From: Octopus bimaculoides
Lineage: Eukaryota
Reading direction: 5' to 3'
Length of the DNA stretch: 64,000 bases
NCBI RefSeq assembly: GCF_001194135.2
Contig: NC_068986.1
Coordinates: forward strand, 83,359,117 to 83,423,116
The position numbers and the translations under genes were made by a program. Position 1 is the stretch's first letter, and every line of letters begins with the position of its first letter. Under the pieces are notes generated by a model. That model was not told the origin of the DNA. It worked only from the letters and a program-made list of their open reading frames with translations, and made no database searches. Positions 39,848 through 52,870 of the stretch are shown here, piece after piece.

Positions 39848-40340
39848 AACTGGTATCAATGGGGTTCGCATTAGAATTAGAATTCAGACCATTAACTCTC
39901 GTGGTGGGACTCGGATGAGGTGCAGGAAGCGATGCAGGCAGGCTAGCTGTAACGGGGAAGTGGGGGAAGGTTAGCAATGAAGGTAGAGATGGGAGTTGGA
40001 TGAAGCACATTTATAGTGACGGTGGGGTTCGGCTGGGGTGGGGGTAGGCGAAGATGGGAAGTATGGCTTCCCTTTGTAAATACTGATAGGGCACAGAAAG
40101 TGTGTCAATAGCCATGGGGCTACAAGCTACAGTAGCATCCACCCTTAAGAGTTAGCCACATTTAAGTGGCAAATATGTTTCATGATGTCGTGAAGCTACT
40201 GTGCATACCTCGCCCAGAGATTTATTATTGCTTATATATATGTACATATATATGTATATATGAATATATATGCATATATATGTATATGTATACATACATT
40301 CACTACAGATATATATATATAGGTATGTATATATATATAT

Positions 40341-40525
40341 TCTTTTATTTGTTTCAGTCATTTGACTGCAGTCATGCTGGAGCACCACCTTGTAGTCGAG
40401 CAAATTGACCCCAGAATTTATTCTTTCTAAGCCTGATACTTATTCTATTATTCTCTTTTTGCCGAACCGCTAAATTACGGGGACGTAAACACACCAGCAT
40501 CAGTTGTCAAGCGATGTTGGGGGGA
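40341..40525 (-). mobile_element. SINE family A, 3' half, adjoining an (AT)n tract
   Basis: Close match to 47905-48090. Confidence 0.85.
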
Positions 40526-41793
40526 TGTTGGAAGATCGTCCAATCACATTCCTTTGGCAAGGAAGTATAGGTGGTATTTATTTGTCTGGTGGTTGTTTGG
40601 TGGATTAGATTCAAAGCGCTGACGACAGACACTTATCTCTTTGGAAACTTTTTCGGGTGCAACTTGAGAAGGTAATTGGGGGTGGAGAGAGGAATGCTGC
40701 TTCCCGGTAAACTTGCTGAAAGGTGGGTGAGAGTGGTGAGCATGGCCCGAGTGAATGGGTCTACACTGAGCATACGCCTGTATGTTGAAGCACAAGGAGC
40801 ATTCACTTGCCATTGTTGTCAGATCGACTGTGGGTTTGGGGCTTTCCACGAACAGCCCTCAGAAGTCTGCTCTTTTTTGGGGAATTTTCCTTGTTTGGCT
40901 TTTTGTTTTTGTTATCTTTACTGATTACATACCTTTTTGGACATTCTTTTGTTTTTAGCAGCATAGGTGTCAAATTCGATCAGTTGATTGTTTATTAATT
41001 CCCGTATTTTTTTAATAACTTTTGTTTTCATGATGCTCTGAAGCGGGAGGAGAAAGTGAAAGATGTATGTGTATATGAAAGATAGTGGATGTACGTGTGT
41101 GCATGTATGCGCACACAAACACACACTAACACCCATTATCTTTCATATACACTTACATATATAAATACATATGCATACATCTTTTTTTGTATGTGTGCGC
41201 GTGAGAGAGAGGTAGTGCGTGTAGGTGTGTGTTCTCATCTTCCTATTCATAATAACAAGATTTCTAAAAATAAGAAAAAATCCATTATTATCATTTGTTG
41301 TTGTCGCACACCATTTTGGCGGATGTAAGGAATACGCATACTGTCCGTTTTCGGCGTAACAAAAACCCTAACCCTAAATGGTAATTTTTCAGAGTAACAT
41401 CCGCACGATTTTCACCAAGAAAAAAAACAAAAAAAACTTGGATTTTTTGTGTGGAATCAAGTAGCCTGACCTCCTAATATGCTGCAAATCCCTTATTTTG
41501 GTTCGGAAAAGGATGGGGCGAAGGGTCCCGGATCCATTGGAATTTTTTTAGTTCGTTGAATGAATTCCTGTGACATCCTAATATGCTACAAAACCCTTTT
41601 TGGGGTCCAAAAAACGGAGTGGAGTGAGGTGGAAGCCTCGGAAATTTCACAAACCCCACCCACCCTATTGATCTTTTCAGGATTAGGGTTAGGGAAATCC
41701 ATCCCGGATTCATTGGAAATTTTTTTTTTCCTTAGTGAAAATCGTGCTGGTGAAAAGATCAATGGGGGTAGGAGTGGGTAAAATTTCCGAGGC

Positions 41794-42097
41794 NNNNNNN
41801 NNNNNNNNNNNNNNNNNNNNNNNNNNNNNNNNNNNNNNNNNNNNNNNNNNNNNNNNNNNNNNNNNNNNNNNNNNNNNNNNNNNNNNNNNNNNNNNNNNNN
41901 NNNNNNNNNNNNNNNNNNNNNNNNNNNNNNNNNNNNNNNNNNNNNNNNNNNNNNNNNNNNNNNNNNNNNNNNNNNNNNNNNNNNNNNNNNNNNNNNNNNN
42001 NNNNNNNNNNNNNNNNNNNNNNNNNNNNNNNNNNNNNNNNNNNNNNNNNNNNNNNNNNNNNNNNNNNNNNNNNNNNNNNNNNNNNNNNNNNNNNNNN
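41794..42097. other. Assembly gap (N run) with noisy-looking flanks
   Basis: 304 Ns. Confidence 1.
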
Positions 42098-43350
42098 GTA
42101 TGCAAATGGGGATAGAATTTTTAAAAGAAATGTTAAATCCATGTTTAACAAACGTTTCACATCACCCCTATAAAATCTTCGGAACATCAGTGTTTTTTTT
42201 TTTTTTTTACCTTTTCGTTTCGTTGTGTTATAATATTCCACGAGGATTTTGGGAAGAGTTTGCCCTTTGAACAACAAAATATTGCAAAAATAAATATTTA
42301 CTTCTGAGCAGTCGTAACTTCCGTTCTTCTTACTAGCTGACTTTTAATACCAGCACATGTCAGAGGTAACTTCTATATTTATCTTCCACACACACCTTTA
42401 CTGTTAATCAGGTAAGTGATAGAAGTAGTGTTTTATTGATCTAACGATATAGACTCTTTTGATCTAACGATATATATATATATATATATATATGATTGTT
42501 TAGATGGCATTGTATTTATACGTCCAGATATTTTGATACACAAGTTAACTAAAATGTGCAAAAATGCGGGTGTTTTTTTTTTGTATTATACACTACGAAC
42601 ACAAATTGTAAGAATAAGATAACGGTTTATGCACACACACACAGATCGTGTGTGTGTGTATATCTATCTATCTATCTATCTAGCTATCTATCTATCTATA
42701 TATATATATATATATATAATGACAAGTAATTAGTGAATATTAACTCCCAGATTGTTCTTGTATAGGTAACAAGATATGAAATTCTTACATGTGTGTGTTT
42801 TGTTTTTTAATTGGTTTCTGTTCGTATTGCGTATTATAGATGGTAAACTATTCACCGCGCCATCACTTGGTTCTTGGTTGTATTCATCTCACCTTCACTT
42901 CGTTCTTAGTTGCGTTTAACAAGTTTCACTTCGCAAGAATTTGTGGTGCATTTCTCTTACCTGGAGATAATTTCCCATTCTTTCCTTCAACCTGATAATA
43001 AGGCCCTAATAAAGGTTTTGGACGCCGTCTTTACTTCATTGACTAATCCACTGCGTAAGAATATTTTGAATTAGCAGTCGTAGTGTAAGAACCCTCCAGT
43101 TTGTCTTAATTACGTACATATTTATAAACAGCTTCAATTTTCAGCTTCTCTCAAAACCCCCTTATCGAGTGGGAATAGCATTATTGTAAAGTTGTCAAAA
43201 TACTGAGAAGGTCACCAGAGTTCACAGCCACCTATTTTTTTTTTCTGTGGTGTTGTTAAAATAAATATAAGTATCGTTAGTTTTGGTTTAGTAGCTTTAA
43301 AACGTTCGAGGTTTTTTTCAGTGGTTTTTGTATCAAAAACTTAAGGACTA

Positions 43351-43581
43351 TCGAAGGCATAACTACAGGGTTTTACCCCCCAGACGTTGGGAGGTCATAA
43401 CTTTCAGAAAAATGAATATTTTTTAATGAAATTTTCTATGCATATAGTATTTACTATGTAGAATCCGAATATACAAACATTTCCGGTGAAAGTGTTTTGG
43501 AATGGGGGTGGGGGACAATTTTCGGAAATCTCGAAGGCATAACTACAGGGTTTTACCCCCCTAAAACCCTGTAGTTATGCC
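43351..43581. repeat. 30-bp perfect direct repeat (43351-43380, 43531-43560) plus a perfect 20-bp hairpin (43536-43581); probable MITE-type relic
   Basis: tcgaaggcataactacagggttttaccccc occurs twice; ggcataactacagggtttta-cccccc-taaaaccctgtagttatgcc forms the hairpin. Confidence 0.8.
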
Positions 43582-45991
43582 CTATCGAAATGGTTACTGT
43601 GTGGCAACTCTTAATTCAGTTTGGTTTATAAGTTCATATACTGGGGAAGAAAAAGAATCTGACGTTTCGGAGGGTGGTCCTTTCATCTGAAAGAGAAAGA
43701 GAAACTTTTTTTTTTTAAAGTTCAAACATTAGATTCGTCTCCTCCCTTTTGCCATATACACATCAAATTCACTGTATAATTTTTGCTGACTCAGGCCACC
43801 ACTGTTTTTTTTTTAGCTCTTATTTATTCACCTTTTTCAACTATAATCTTTTCCACTCCTTGACACTGATACATCTGTTATTATATAATTGTGTTATGTA
43901 ATCATAGCTGTCGGCCATTTGGTCGAAAATTCAGGAAATAAAAATGCAAAGTAATATTTTCATTTAAAATCTCAGTGATTAAATCACCCCCTCCCCAAAA
44001 CTAAAATATAATATGCACTTAAAGACTTAAATATCTAAAGTGAATTGTTTATTATTATCAATTTTTTTCGTTATATCTGCACTAGGTTTCAGTTCACTCT
44101 TCTTTCATTGTAAAGTCAATGACTGACAACTATATCAATAAATGTAAGATTTGTTTCAACTCTCTTATAAAACTTGGCTCTTCAGAATAGCATAAACTTC
44201 AAGCAATCAATTTTCCCCACCTGATAAAGATGAAAACTTATACTATTGCAGAAAATAGACAAAGTAATATTATTTCATCATGTAAATCCTATTATCAAGG
44301 TTATCCTTTTAAATTTTTACTCCCACAAAATTTGTTTAGGTTTAGTTATGAACGTAAGTTTTAAGTCGAAAGTTTGTTAGTGTTCAAGGTCGAAAGCAAT
44401 CTTTTTAACAAATGTAATATTTTTTTAGGTGTAAATCGGTTGTAACACCAAATACTTCTTATATTAAAAAAAAAATGAATTTATTGATTTATAACAGATA
44501 TGTAGCTGGGTGTATTGACTTGTAGTTAAGGAGTTTGGTTTACAATCATGAGTGAAATTATGTAGATGGAATCACCTGTGGAAGCTTGTTCATGAACTAT
44601 ACCTGTAATTCAAGGAATGGTGCTACATTGATTCTGCTTAAGAATTATGTTAAGGGTCCCCAACCAGCTTTATACTAATCTGGTCCCTTATTAACAAAAT
44701 TCTAAGGCACAGTTAAAATCTGGAGAGGCTTTTGTGAAGTCATTTATATGATGTAGGAATCACCAAATAAAATATTTGTTTTAATTTATTTGAATTTTTT
44801 TATAGATCCTTTGATGCTTATGATTTTGGTAGGAAAAGTTCAGTTAGGTTTTAAACATAAGTTGTTACTCCTCAAACAGAATTGCATGGCTAATTGCAAG
44901 AATGTAAACTTTCAGCTTATATCATTGAGTAAACGGTATATCATCAGATCAATTCTGATTAGGTATGCTTTAAGAAGAAATTACAAGTGACTACTCTTTT
45001 GAATCACAAAAGTTGGGCAACAGTCTTATCATATTTGAGGAGTTTTGAGAAAGACATACATTTCTTAAGTTAATGAGGATTTAGTTAGATATAATGTTGA
45101 CCTTGGTGCAGATAGGAACTACTGGTGAAAGTGAATTGGCATGTGTTAGTGTGCAGCATTTCTTAAGTTGTAGGTTTACTCCTTATTGAAATGGAAGAAA
45201 TGTCAATAGAAAATGAAATGGAAGAGATAGCAATAGAAAAGCAAAAAATTTAGTTGACATAAATTATGTTATGATCAGAAATTAAAAGGATTTTGTTTGT
45301 ACCATTGCAAATATAATTTTTAACTTATCGAGTAATTTTTAAAAGAATTTACTAGTCAGAAAAATTGTATGACCCAGAGTTATAAAATCTTAGGAAAAGG
45401 TTAAAATATAATTGTTTTCTATATTTTGATAGATCAACACTTTCTAGATAAGTTTGATTAAACTTTTTTCAGAATATTAAAAATTAAAGTCGAACAAGTA
45501 TGACTAGATGTCTTTCCTTTATAAAGACAGTTGTATATAATTTGAAGGAAATTTGCTGCACAGTAAGACTGAAACCAAGACCCCTATGGTTAGGAAACAA
45601 GTTTTTTAACTACACAGCCACATTTGCATATGTATAAATGTAATATTATGTAATATATATTAATATAATCTATAATTAAAACTGTATAATAAAAAATTGA
45701 ATCACGGAAGTTAATTACTTGTAAATGCCATCTGCATGAAAAGCAAGTTAGTCTTAACATATTTGATGTAGCTAACAAAAGATCTAGTTAGAAATATTTA
45801 TGTGTAAGGAAAAGGCATTAAACTCAATGACTAATAAATTATATTTTAATTGTTTTGGTATGTATGGAAGGCAACACCAGACTTGTTTTATTCTTATTAG
45901 AATTCCTCAGCATAGCTGTGTAATGATGATAGAATCATTAAGTTGACATTCAGTTTTGTTCAGGAGTAGACATAAAAAATTAGGATATTTA

Positions 45992-47079
45992 TCAGGTCAT
46001 CCCATAAGCTCTGTCCGAAGTTTGAATAAAGAAAACAAGTGATCAAATGCGAAAGTTATGTTCCCCAAATGATTCTGTAAACTACGAAACAAATGGTTGT
46101 CTGAAGGTTGGGAGAATAAGGTGGATGAGGAATTTTTTCCCAACCAAGCTCTTCGATCTTCTGTGATGTGATCTTTGCAGTGTGGAGTCGTGCATTGTCT
46201 TGATGAAACATCACTCCTTTTTGGTCCACTAAAGTGGGTCTTTTTTTCTTCAAAGCTTGGTTCAAACGCTCTAATTGCTGACAGTAGAAGTGAGCATTGA
46301 TTGTTGCATTAGGTAGCAACAATTCAAAGTGAATTACTCCTTTGCAATCCCACTAGAAAGAGAGAAGAACCTTTTTCCCATGAAGTTCCCTTCTCGGTTG
46401 TGGTTGAGCTTTTTCCCTTTTACCAAGCCACTGTTTACGATGTTTAACATTTCGATAGAAGATCCATTTTTCGTCACCAGTCACAAGTCTATCCAAAAAG
46501 GGTAAAGTGAGTTCGCGAGAATGGAGAGAAGAACAGATGTCAACTTGGGATTTGTGATTGCTTTCGGACAATTCATGAGACACCCATTTTCCAAGTTTAG
46601 GATTAGGGTTAGGGTTAGTTGTTGAAGATGACGATGAACAGTTGTATGGTTTGTACTAAGTTTTATTGCCAATTCTTCAACTGATAATGCAAGATTTTCT
46701 TCAAGTAATGCCTCAAGGAGCTTATCATCAAACTCAACTGGACATCCTGTTCAATCTTCATCTTCAAGGCTGAAATCTCCACTTCTGAATTTTGCAAACC
46801 ATCTTCTGCAAGTTCTTTCATTCAAGCATTCTTTCCCATAAACTGAGTGTATGTTTTGAGTCGCTTCAACTGCAGAGTTTCCTTTTTTGTACTCATAAAG
46901 CATTATGTGCCTCGAATGCTCTTTGGATACTTCCATGTCAGAAAGGATTTTAATCAAAGAAATTTTAATTCTATTATTCTGTAAAATAATATTTAATTAG
47001 TTTAAATGTACACAAATACATTAAATTTCATTCAATTTTAAAAATGGTAAAATTGGACAGAACTTATGGGATGACCTGA
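45992..47079 (-). mobile_element. Mariner (DD34D) transposon with TIRs and disrupted transposase
   Basis: 26-bp TIRs 24/26 identical (tcaggtcatcccataag...), TA on the left and CA on the right. HTH (HSRHIMLYEYKKGNSAVEAT...WFAKFRSGDFSLED), VTGDEKWIFY, HQDNAR and PYSPNL motifs; frameshifts. Confidence 0.92.
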
Positions 47080-47904
47080 CAAAGATATATTATGAATATA
47101 TACACAGTATATTTCTTTACTTCCATGTAATTTACCTGTAATAAAATTTTGCTCATATGCTTATTAGTTTAAATTTCTTTTCTTTTACCTCTTGCTCTCC
47201 AATCTAGAAACTTCACTTCTCAGTTTAAGAAGCCTAGTGGAAAATTTTACAGTTAGGCTTCTATCAATTTGCAGAGCTGACTCATCATCATCATCACTAT
47301 CATAATTTAATGTCCATATTCCATACTGGCATGAGTTGGATAGTTTAACAGAATCTGAGGAGTTGCATGACTGCATAGAGCTCCTGTGTCCGTTTTGGCA
47401 TGGTTACTATGGCTAGATATCTTTCCTAATGCCAGCCACTTTATAGAGTGTACTGAGTGCTTTTTTGCACACCACTGGCACTAATGAGGTCACTAAGTAA
47501 CTTGTAAAAGAGGAAAATACAGAAAAAAGGAAATAGGGGAAAAAGAAAAAGCCTCCTGGACTAAATGGGCAGTCAGTGTTTGAGAGGTGAAGGAGGGGGG
47601 TGAGGGTTCTATGCCATGTGTTGAGAGGCTAAAGTGTGATGGAAGGGCAAGCCCAGGTGGCTTGCTTATAGAGGGTATACAAGGCTACCCAACATTTTAT
47701 AAGGGTAGGTAAGAGTAGCTGGAAGTCCAAATAGTTGATAACTTTTCATACCCTCTAAAAAGGGGCTTTGTTTATAACATAAAAACACATTCAACGTTAG
47801 CTAGAAGTAAAAATTGTTGTATTGTAGCTTTTTCTTTTTTTTTTTATTCAAACTCTTTTAGACTTGGTTAATTTAATTCAATCAATGTTCATATCACTTT
47901 TACA

Positions 47905-48296
47905 CTTTTACTTGTTTCAGTCTTTTGACTGCGGCCATGCTGGAGCACCGCCTTTAGTCGAAGAAATCGACCCCAGGACTTATTCTTTGGAAGCCTAGTA
48001 CTTATTCTATCGGTCTCTTTTGCCGAACCACTAAGTTACGGGGACATAAACACACCAGCATCGGTTGTCAAGCGATGTTGGGGGGACAAACACAGACATA
48101 CAAACACACACACACACATACACATATATATACACATATACGACGGGCTTCTTTCAGTTTCCGTCTACCAAATCCACTCACAAGGCATTGGTCGGCCCGA
48201 GGCTATAGTAGAAGGCACTTGCCCAAGATGCCACGCAGTGGGACTGAACCCGGGACCATGTGGTTGGTAAGCAAGCTACTTACCACACAGCCACTC
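47905..48296 (-). mobile_element. Near full-length tRNA-derived SINE, family A
   Basis: Reverse strand begins gagtggctgtgtggtaagtagcttgc...ccgggttcagtccc (A/B-box-like head), has an internal (CA)/(TA) tract and the conserved 3' body. Confidence 0.9.
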
Positions 48297-51120
48297 ATTC
48301 ATAAAAGACAAAATTTGATTGTTGGAGTTCAAGTTTCACCTGAATTGCTATTGCCTTTCATTCCTCTTCTTACTGATTAAAATGAATGCTAGTAAAATGC
48401 TAGTCAACTATACATCTTTTTTGTAGATAAATAAATAGTGGTTTTGTAACCATTTAAAAGAAAATGCAATGAAAGTCACTTATATGATCAATTTGGCACA
48501 GGGTTTGATCGCATTAAGCAGAGAATATAGCAAATACTTTGGCCCACTGATTTTGGTGACAATAATTTTCTGATAACATAGTGGACAGTGTTATTAGAAT
48601 GTTATTGTCATCAAAATCAAATCTTATGTTCACTACTTTAGAAAATCTATATCAGCTAAGCAAATGACCTCTAAGTGCATTAAAAACATAACATGATTTA
48701 ATATAGTGATTTCAGAAAGTTATCATTTTCTTTGAGCATATAAAAGACAAATTTAGCTGGGGAAAAATGAGTAAGCCAAGATTAGGTAAATTTGCCACTT
48801 CTATTCTCTAGAATCACATTTGAAAACAAACTCAATAACCATCCCTAGATATCAGAAATGTGAAAAAAAATTTAAACTGTCTATGTCAAATGAAAGGGGA
48901 TCATGGAAAATGGCACATGATATGAAATTAATAAAACTTGACTAAATATTTAAAAAATCCACCATAAAATATTCTCTGTGGCTTCTTTGCGATCTTCTGA
49001 AGTGGCTCTTTTCCCAATATATTTATGCACCATGCAGTTAAAGAGAAGAAATTAGTGAAATTAGTCATTACTCATATTACTTCATTTTAGAAACATTTTT
49101 TTTGCAACTTGAAAATGATCAAATTAGACATTAGTGTGGGAGAAAATTGACTTGGAATCCAAGAAAGAAAAGAATATTGATTGTTAAACATAAAAAAAAT
49201 TATCCAGATTTTTTTTTTTTATTAGCAACCTCAATTACAATCAGGTCAAAGTTGAGGAAAAATTTCTTGAAAAAGTGGACCTGCCACTTGACTATGTTTT
49301 GAACTCTCTCAGCTTCAACAATAACCACTACACTGACCAATTTTTACTCCTAAGGACGATGCAACAGTACAAAACGATGATGCAATACTTTCACTGTAAA
49401 GATTTCAAACAAGCAAGAAGAAAATAAGAAGAAATTACTAATTTTTTCGTCATTTATTTTTTCCCTTTCCCCTCTATGCAAGGCAGTCATATTTACAATT
49501 GATAGTGGGTAACTAATGTGATTGATATTGGGTTGAAGGTAATCGGTTTCAGTCACTGGCTCTTGTGTATGATGGTATTTAGTCACAGGTCAACTCTGAT
49601 TGAACACAATTTTGATAATCAACGGTGAAAATCTCGGTCTAGTGTGATTTTAGGAAGATTTTGCTGCTATTTCCAGTAGGTTGAGTGACCGCTTACAGAC
49701 TGTTTCATTTGCTAGTCTGTGTATGAGTTAGAATTATGTTTGAGATAATAAAAAAAAAAAATTCATTAGGGTGCCATTTCGGATTATGCTTTCACATTTT
49801 AAGTGTTTATATGGGCGACTTTTTGCAGGGGACATAACTCTGCCGACTTTGATCATTAGAATTAAGAGTGTGTTCATATTTATCAGTGAGAGTAATGGTG
49901 ATGGGGGCCTCCTAACTGATGAGTCGATGGACAGATTAATTTTAGAGTACTGTATTTGAAATCTGCCATATCTATGCGTAAGTAGAAATATAACGACCAC
50001 TACAACGGTCTGTAGTAAGAAGGACTTGGCCAAGTTTTATACTGCTGTCTTGGTAACTTCTGTAACAATGAAGGTGGAGGTTGGAAAAAAAAAAAGCAAC
50101 ATTCATTTCAATGCTTTCTCAGAAGAGAATGGATAATGTTATGTTCACGACTCCTTTGTAGGACTGTCTAGGCTGGTGGAGGTGAAAGAGAAAGATATCA
50201 CAACTGAATGGATTACTCTCAGGTCATAACAAAGGTCTTTCAACAAAAAGTACTCTTTCAAATGATCCTAAAAGTTAGCCAGGTAGTGTAGTAGCCCATA
50301 TAGGATCTTCAGATTCCAAAAGGATGACAAGCAAAGCTGACCGTGGGAGGATTTGAACACGGAGCACAGATAGTTGGAAAAATACAGCAGGACTGCCAAT
50401 TCAGCATCTGGTTGTAAGAAATTTACCTTAGCAAATTCTGCAGGGAAAGGTAGCTGTTAAAATGATGATGAGAATGAAGGTGACAGAAACTTGCTGTATG
50501 AATCTTGAAAATGCAAAGCCCAATGCCACTAGTAGCCATTAGATCCTGGAACATGCATACTGGATTGAATGGGCAGGTTGGATGGTTATAGTACTGAACT
50601 TATACTTTCACACGCGATCTGTTTTAGTGGTCACAGTATTACACTGAGACTGCATGGGAGATATTTTATTTGGCCGAGGTGACCACACTATGAATGCAAT
50701 GTGTAGTGATTTTTTAAGTTCTGTAAGTGAACATCAAACTCAGTTGTTCAGCTTTGATGATACTGAATCTAAGGGCGTCTGTGATTAGTAGGTGTGGCCG
50801 GCTTCTGTTTACAATGCTGTGGATTCACTTGCTGCAACCAGTTCAATAAGAAATAATTTAATAATAAATCAGAAGTACATATACAATCTGTCTTTGATAG
50901 ATTATAGTCCTGTCTAGAAGGAGATTTGTTTCTCAACTTAAACTAAGCATTGTCCACCGTGAAACCTGTAGGCCTTTTGGCAACATTAAAATTTTTTCAT
51001 TCTTTTCTTTTTTTTGTTTTGTAAACAGCTACGTTAAAAAAAAACTAAGTTTCAATTCAAATATTTTTAATCCTTTATCATTCATGATACTAATTGTTAT
51101 ATATTATTATGTTCACATCA

Positions 51121-51340
51121 AAGGTGGTGAGCTGGCAGAATTGTTAGCACACTGGGCAAAATGTTTAGTGGCATTTCATCCATCTTTATGTTCTGAGTTC
51201 AAATTCCACTGAGGTCGACTTTGTCTTTCATCTTTTCGGGGTTGATAAATTAAGTACCAGTAAAACACTGGGGTTGATGTAATTGACTAGTCCCCTCCCC
51301 CAAAATATCAGGCCTGTGCCTTTAGTAGAAAGGATTATTA
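51121..51340 (+). mobile_element. SINE family B
   Basis: ggtggtgagctggcagaattgttagcac...gagttcaaattcc...taagtaccag...gaaaggattatta. Confidence 0.85.
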
Positions 51341-51482
51341 TATTCACATCATGGTGGAACTAATATTAAAAAAAAATATATGGCTTGGTGATATATATTT
51401 TTCTGCTATTAAAATTAAGCTGGTGTGAACATCTAGTATAGTTGCTCTCATGTAGTCCCAGTCAGCTCTCTATGCAGGCTTA

Positions 51483-52682
51483 TCAGGTTGAGTCCAAAAA
51501 TTCTTTGGGTTTTTCTGTAATGATTTTTGTTAACTTGTATCTCTATGTTGTATCATTAATTTGAGACAATTTCTTGTCCAATTGTTGCTTAATTGTTTAT
51601 TCTTTATTTTCATATATAACATATAAACATTAATTTCTTATTCTTTATTTTACAACTTTGATAGTGACTGGTGGAAAATTGCAATTAGAGGAATTTTATG
51701 CTACCTGTGAAAAAAGAACTGAATGTAGCAGTAAAAAAAAACTAGTGCCCAAGAACTGTCAACAAATTTATGGTACAAAACTGGTTCAGACGTTTCAAGT
51801 AAGATTACACCAGCCTCAAAGACAAAGCAAGGCCAAGGAGACCTGTTGTGGAAGATGAAGTCTTACTTGAAATGATTGAATAACAACCAAACACAAACAC
51901 TCATACAGTGTTGGCAGGATTTGGTCCTTCACAAAGCACCATTAATTGACACCTCTGTAACCTCAGCCTTGTAAACATGCTATCAAGAAGCTCCTCAAGG
52001 ACTGGCTAATCACAGGCTCAATGATGTGTGAACACTTGCAGACAACTGCTGGCAAATCTTTGAGATGCCTATTTTTGGATTCAGTTTGTGACTGGTGATG
52101 AAAAATATATCTATTTTTGTAATCCTAATAGAAGTCAGGGTGGTTTGAACAGAAAGTTACGTTGTGTATTTGGTGGAATTTTGAGGATGTGTTGCACTTT
52201 GAGCTTGTCCCAGATGGTCATGCTGTGATAACTAACCTTTATGCCCAACAACTGCAGCAAGTATATGATGCTTTGAAAGCCTGCTATCCACCATTAGTCA
52301 ATCGAAGATGCACCCATACAGCATGTCAGTACCCCGCACACACTGCCAATGTGTAGGGAACTTGGGAGGCTGGAAGTGCTGCATCACCATGCCTACAGTC
52401 CAGACCTTGCACCATTGGATTACTACCTTTTCCAAGTCATGGTCCATTTCCTGCATAGACGAAGATTCAACAATGTGGATGAAATTGAAAGTGGGTGTTG
52501 GGAATTTTTGGCTTCGAAACTGGCCAAACCATATAAGTGCGGAATTGAGCTTTGGCACAACAGTGGCAACAGGCAATACGATATGATGGGATATATTTTG
52601 ATGAATAAATGCTTTTCATATGTAATTTGTTTGAACTATAAATGAAAGCTTGAAATGTGAAGAAACTTTTAACTCAACCTGG
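51483..52682 (+). mobile_element. Old mariner transposon relic, TA-flanked
   Basis: TA|tcaggttgagt ... actcaacctgg|TA; degenerate VTGDEKYI and HHAYSPDLAPLDYYLF motifs. Confidence 0.85.
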
Positions 52683-52870
52683 TATAACACATAGGTCTCA
52701 AGTTGACTTCTTTTGAGTCATCCCTACAGGTCTAGATACATCGCTCCTGCATTTGGTTGAAAATGGAATGCCTTGCACATTTTCTTGCAGTGCTTTATTG
52801 TATGTGATGCACTGTGATATTCCAGACGTGTTAGATTCCTCAATTGTCCAGTCTCTTTTGGAAATGAAAC

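Larger units (their letters stand above)
35917..40140 (-). mobile_element. Degenerate CRE-like (restriction-like endonuclease) non-LTR retrotransposon with N-terminal PHD finger; interrupted by an LTR element; may extend to about 40870
   Basis: Pro-rich region; C4HC3 (CVFC..CHLC..HRSC..CNRC); FDIKG.V.LLSS; LKEKHP; FPAGS.AG; DLRPIAVG; QGDPLG-like; VWYLDD; CHCG...GLHGL...ARHTEL motifs. Broken by frameshifts and truncated before the endonuclease core. Confidence 0.85.

Noticed and set aside
39835-39857. Resemblance of the LTR end (ctttcctataa..ggt.atc) to the TIR of the 29827-30530 element
   Set aside because: Only about 11 nt of AT-rich identity; the target duplication and restored reading frame favour the LTR interpretation.
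44603-49393. Exon-like minus-strand patches (49339-49393, 48963-49033, 47189-47235, 44603-44633) that partly chain into a peptide
   Set aside because: One patch lacks a canonical acceptor, the phases do not all agree, and I recognise no protein. Such signals are common in AT-rich introns; it would need RNA-seq support.
49734-50033. 99-aa minus-strand ORF
   Set aside because: It has a non-ATG start and no homology I can recognise, and it ends in a poly-T run.
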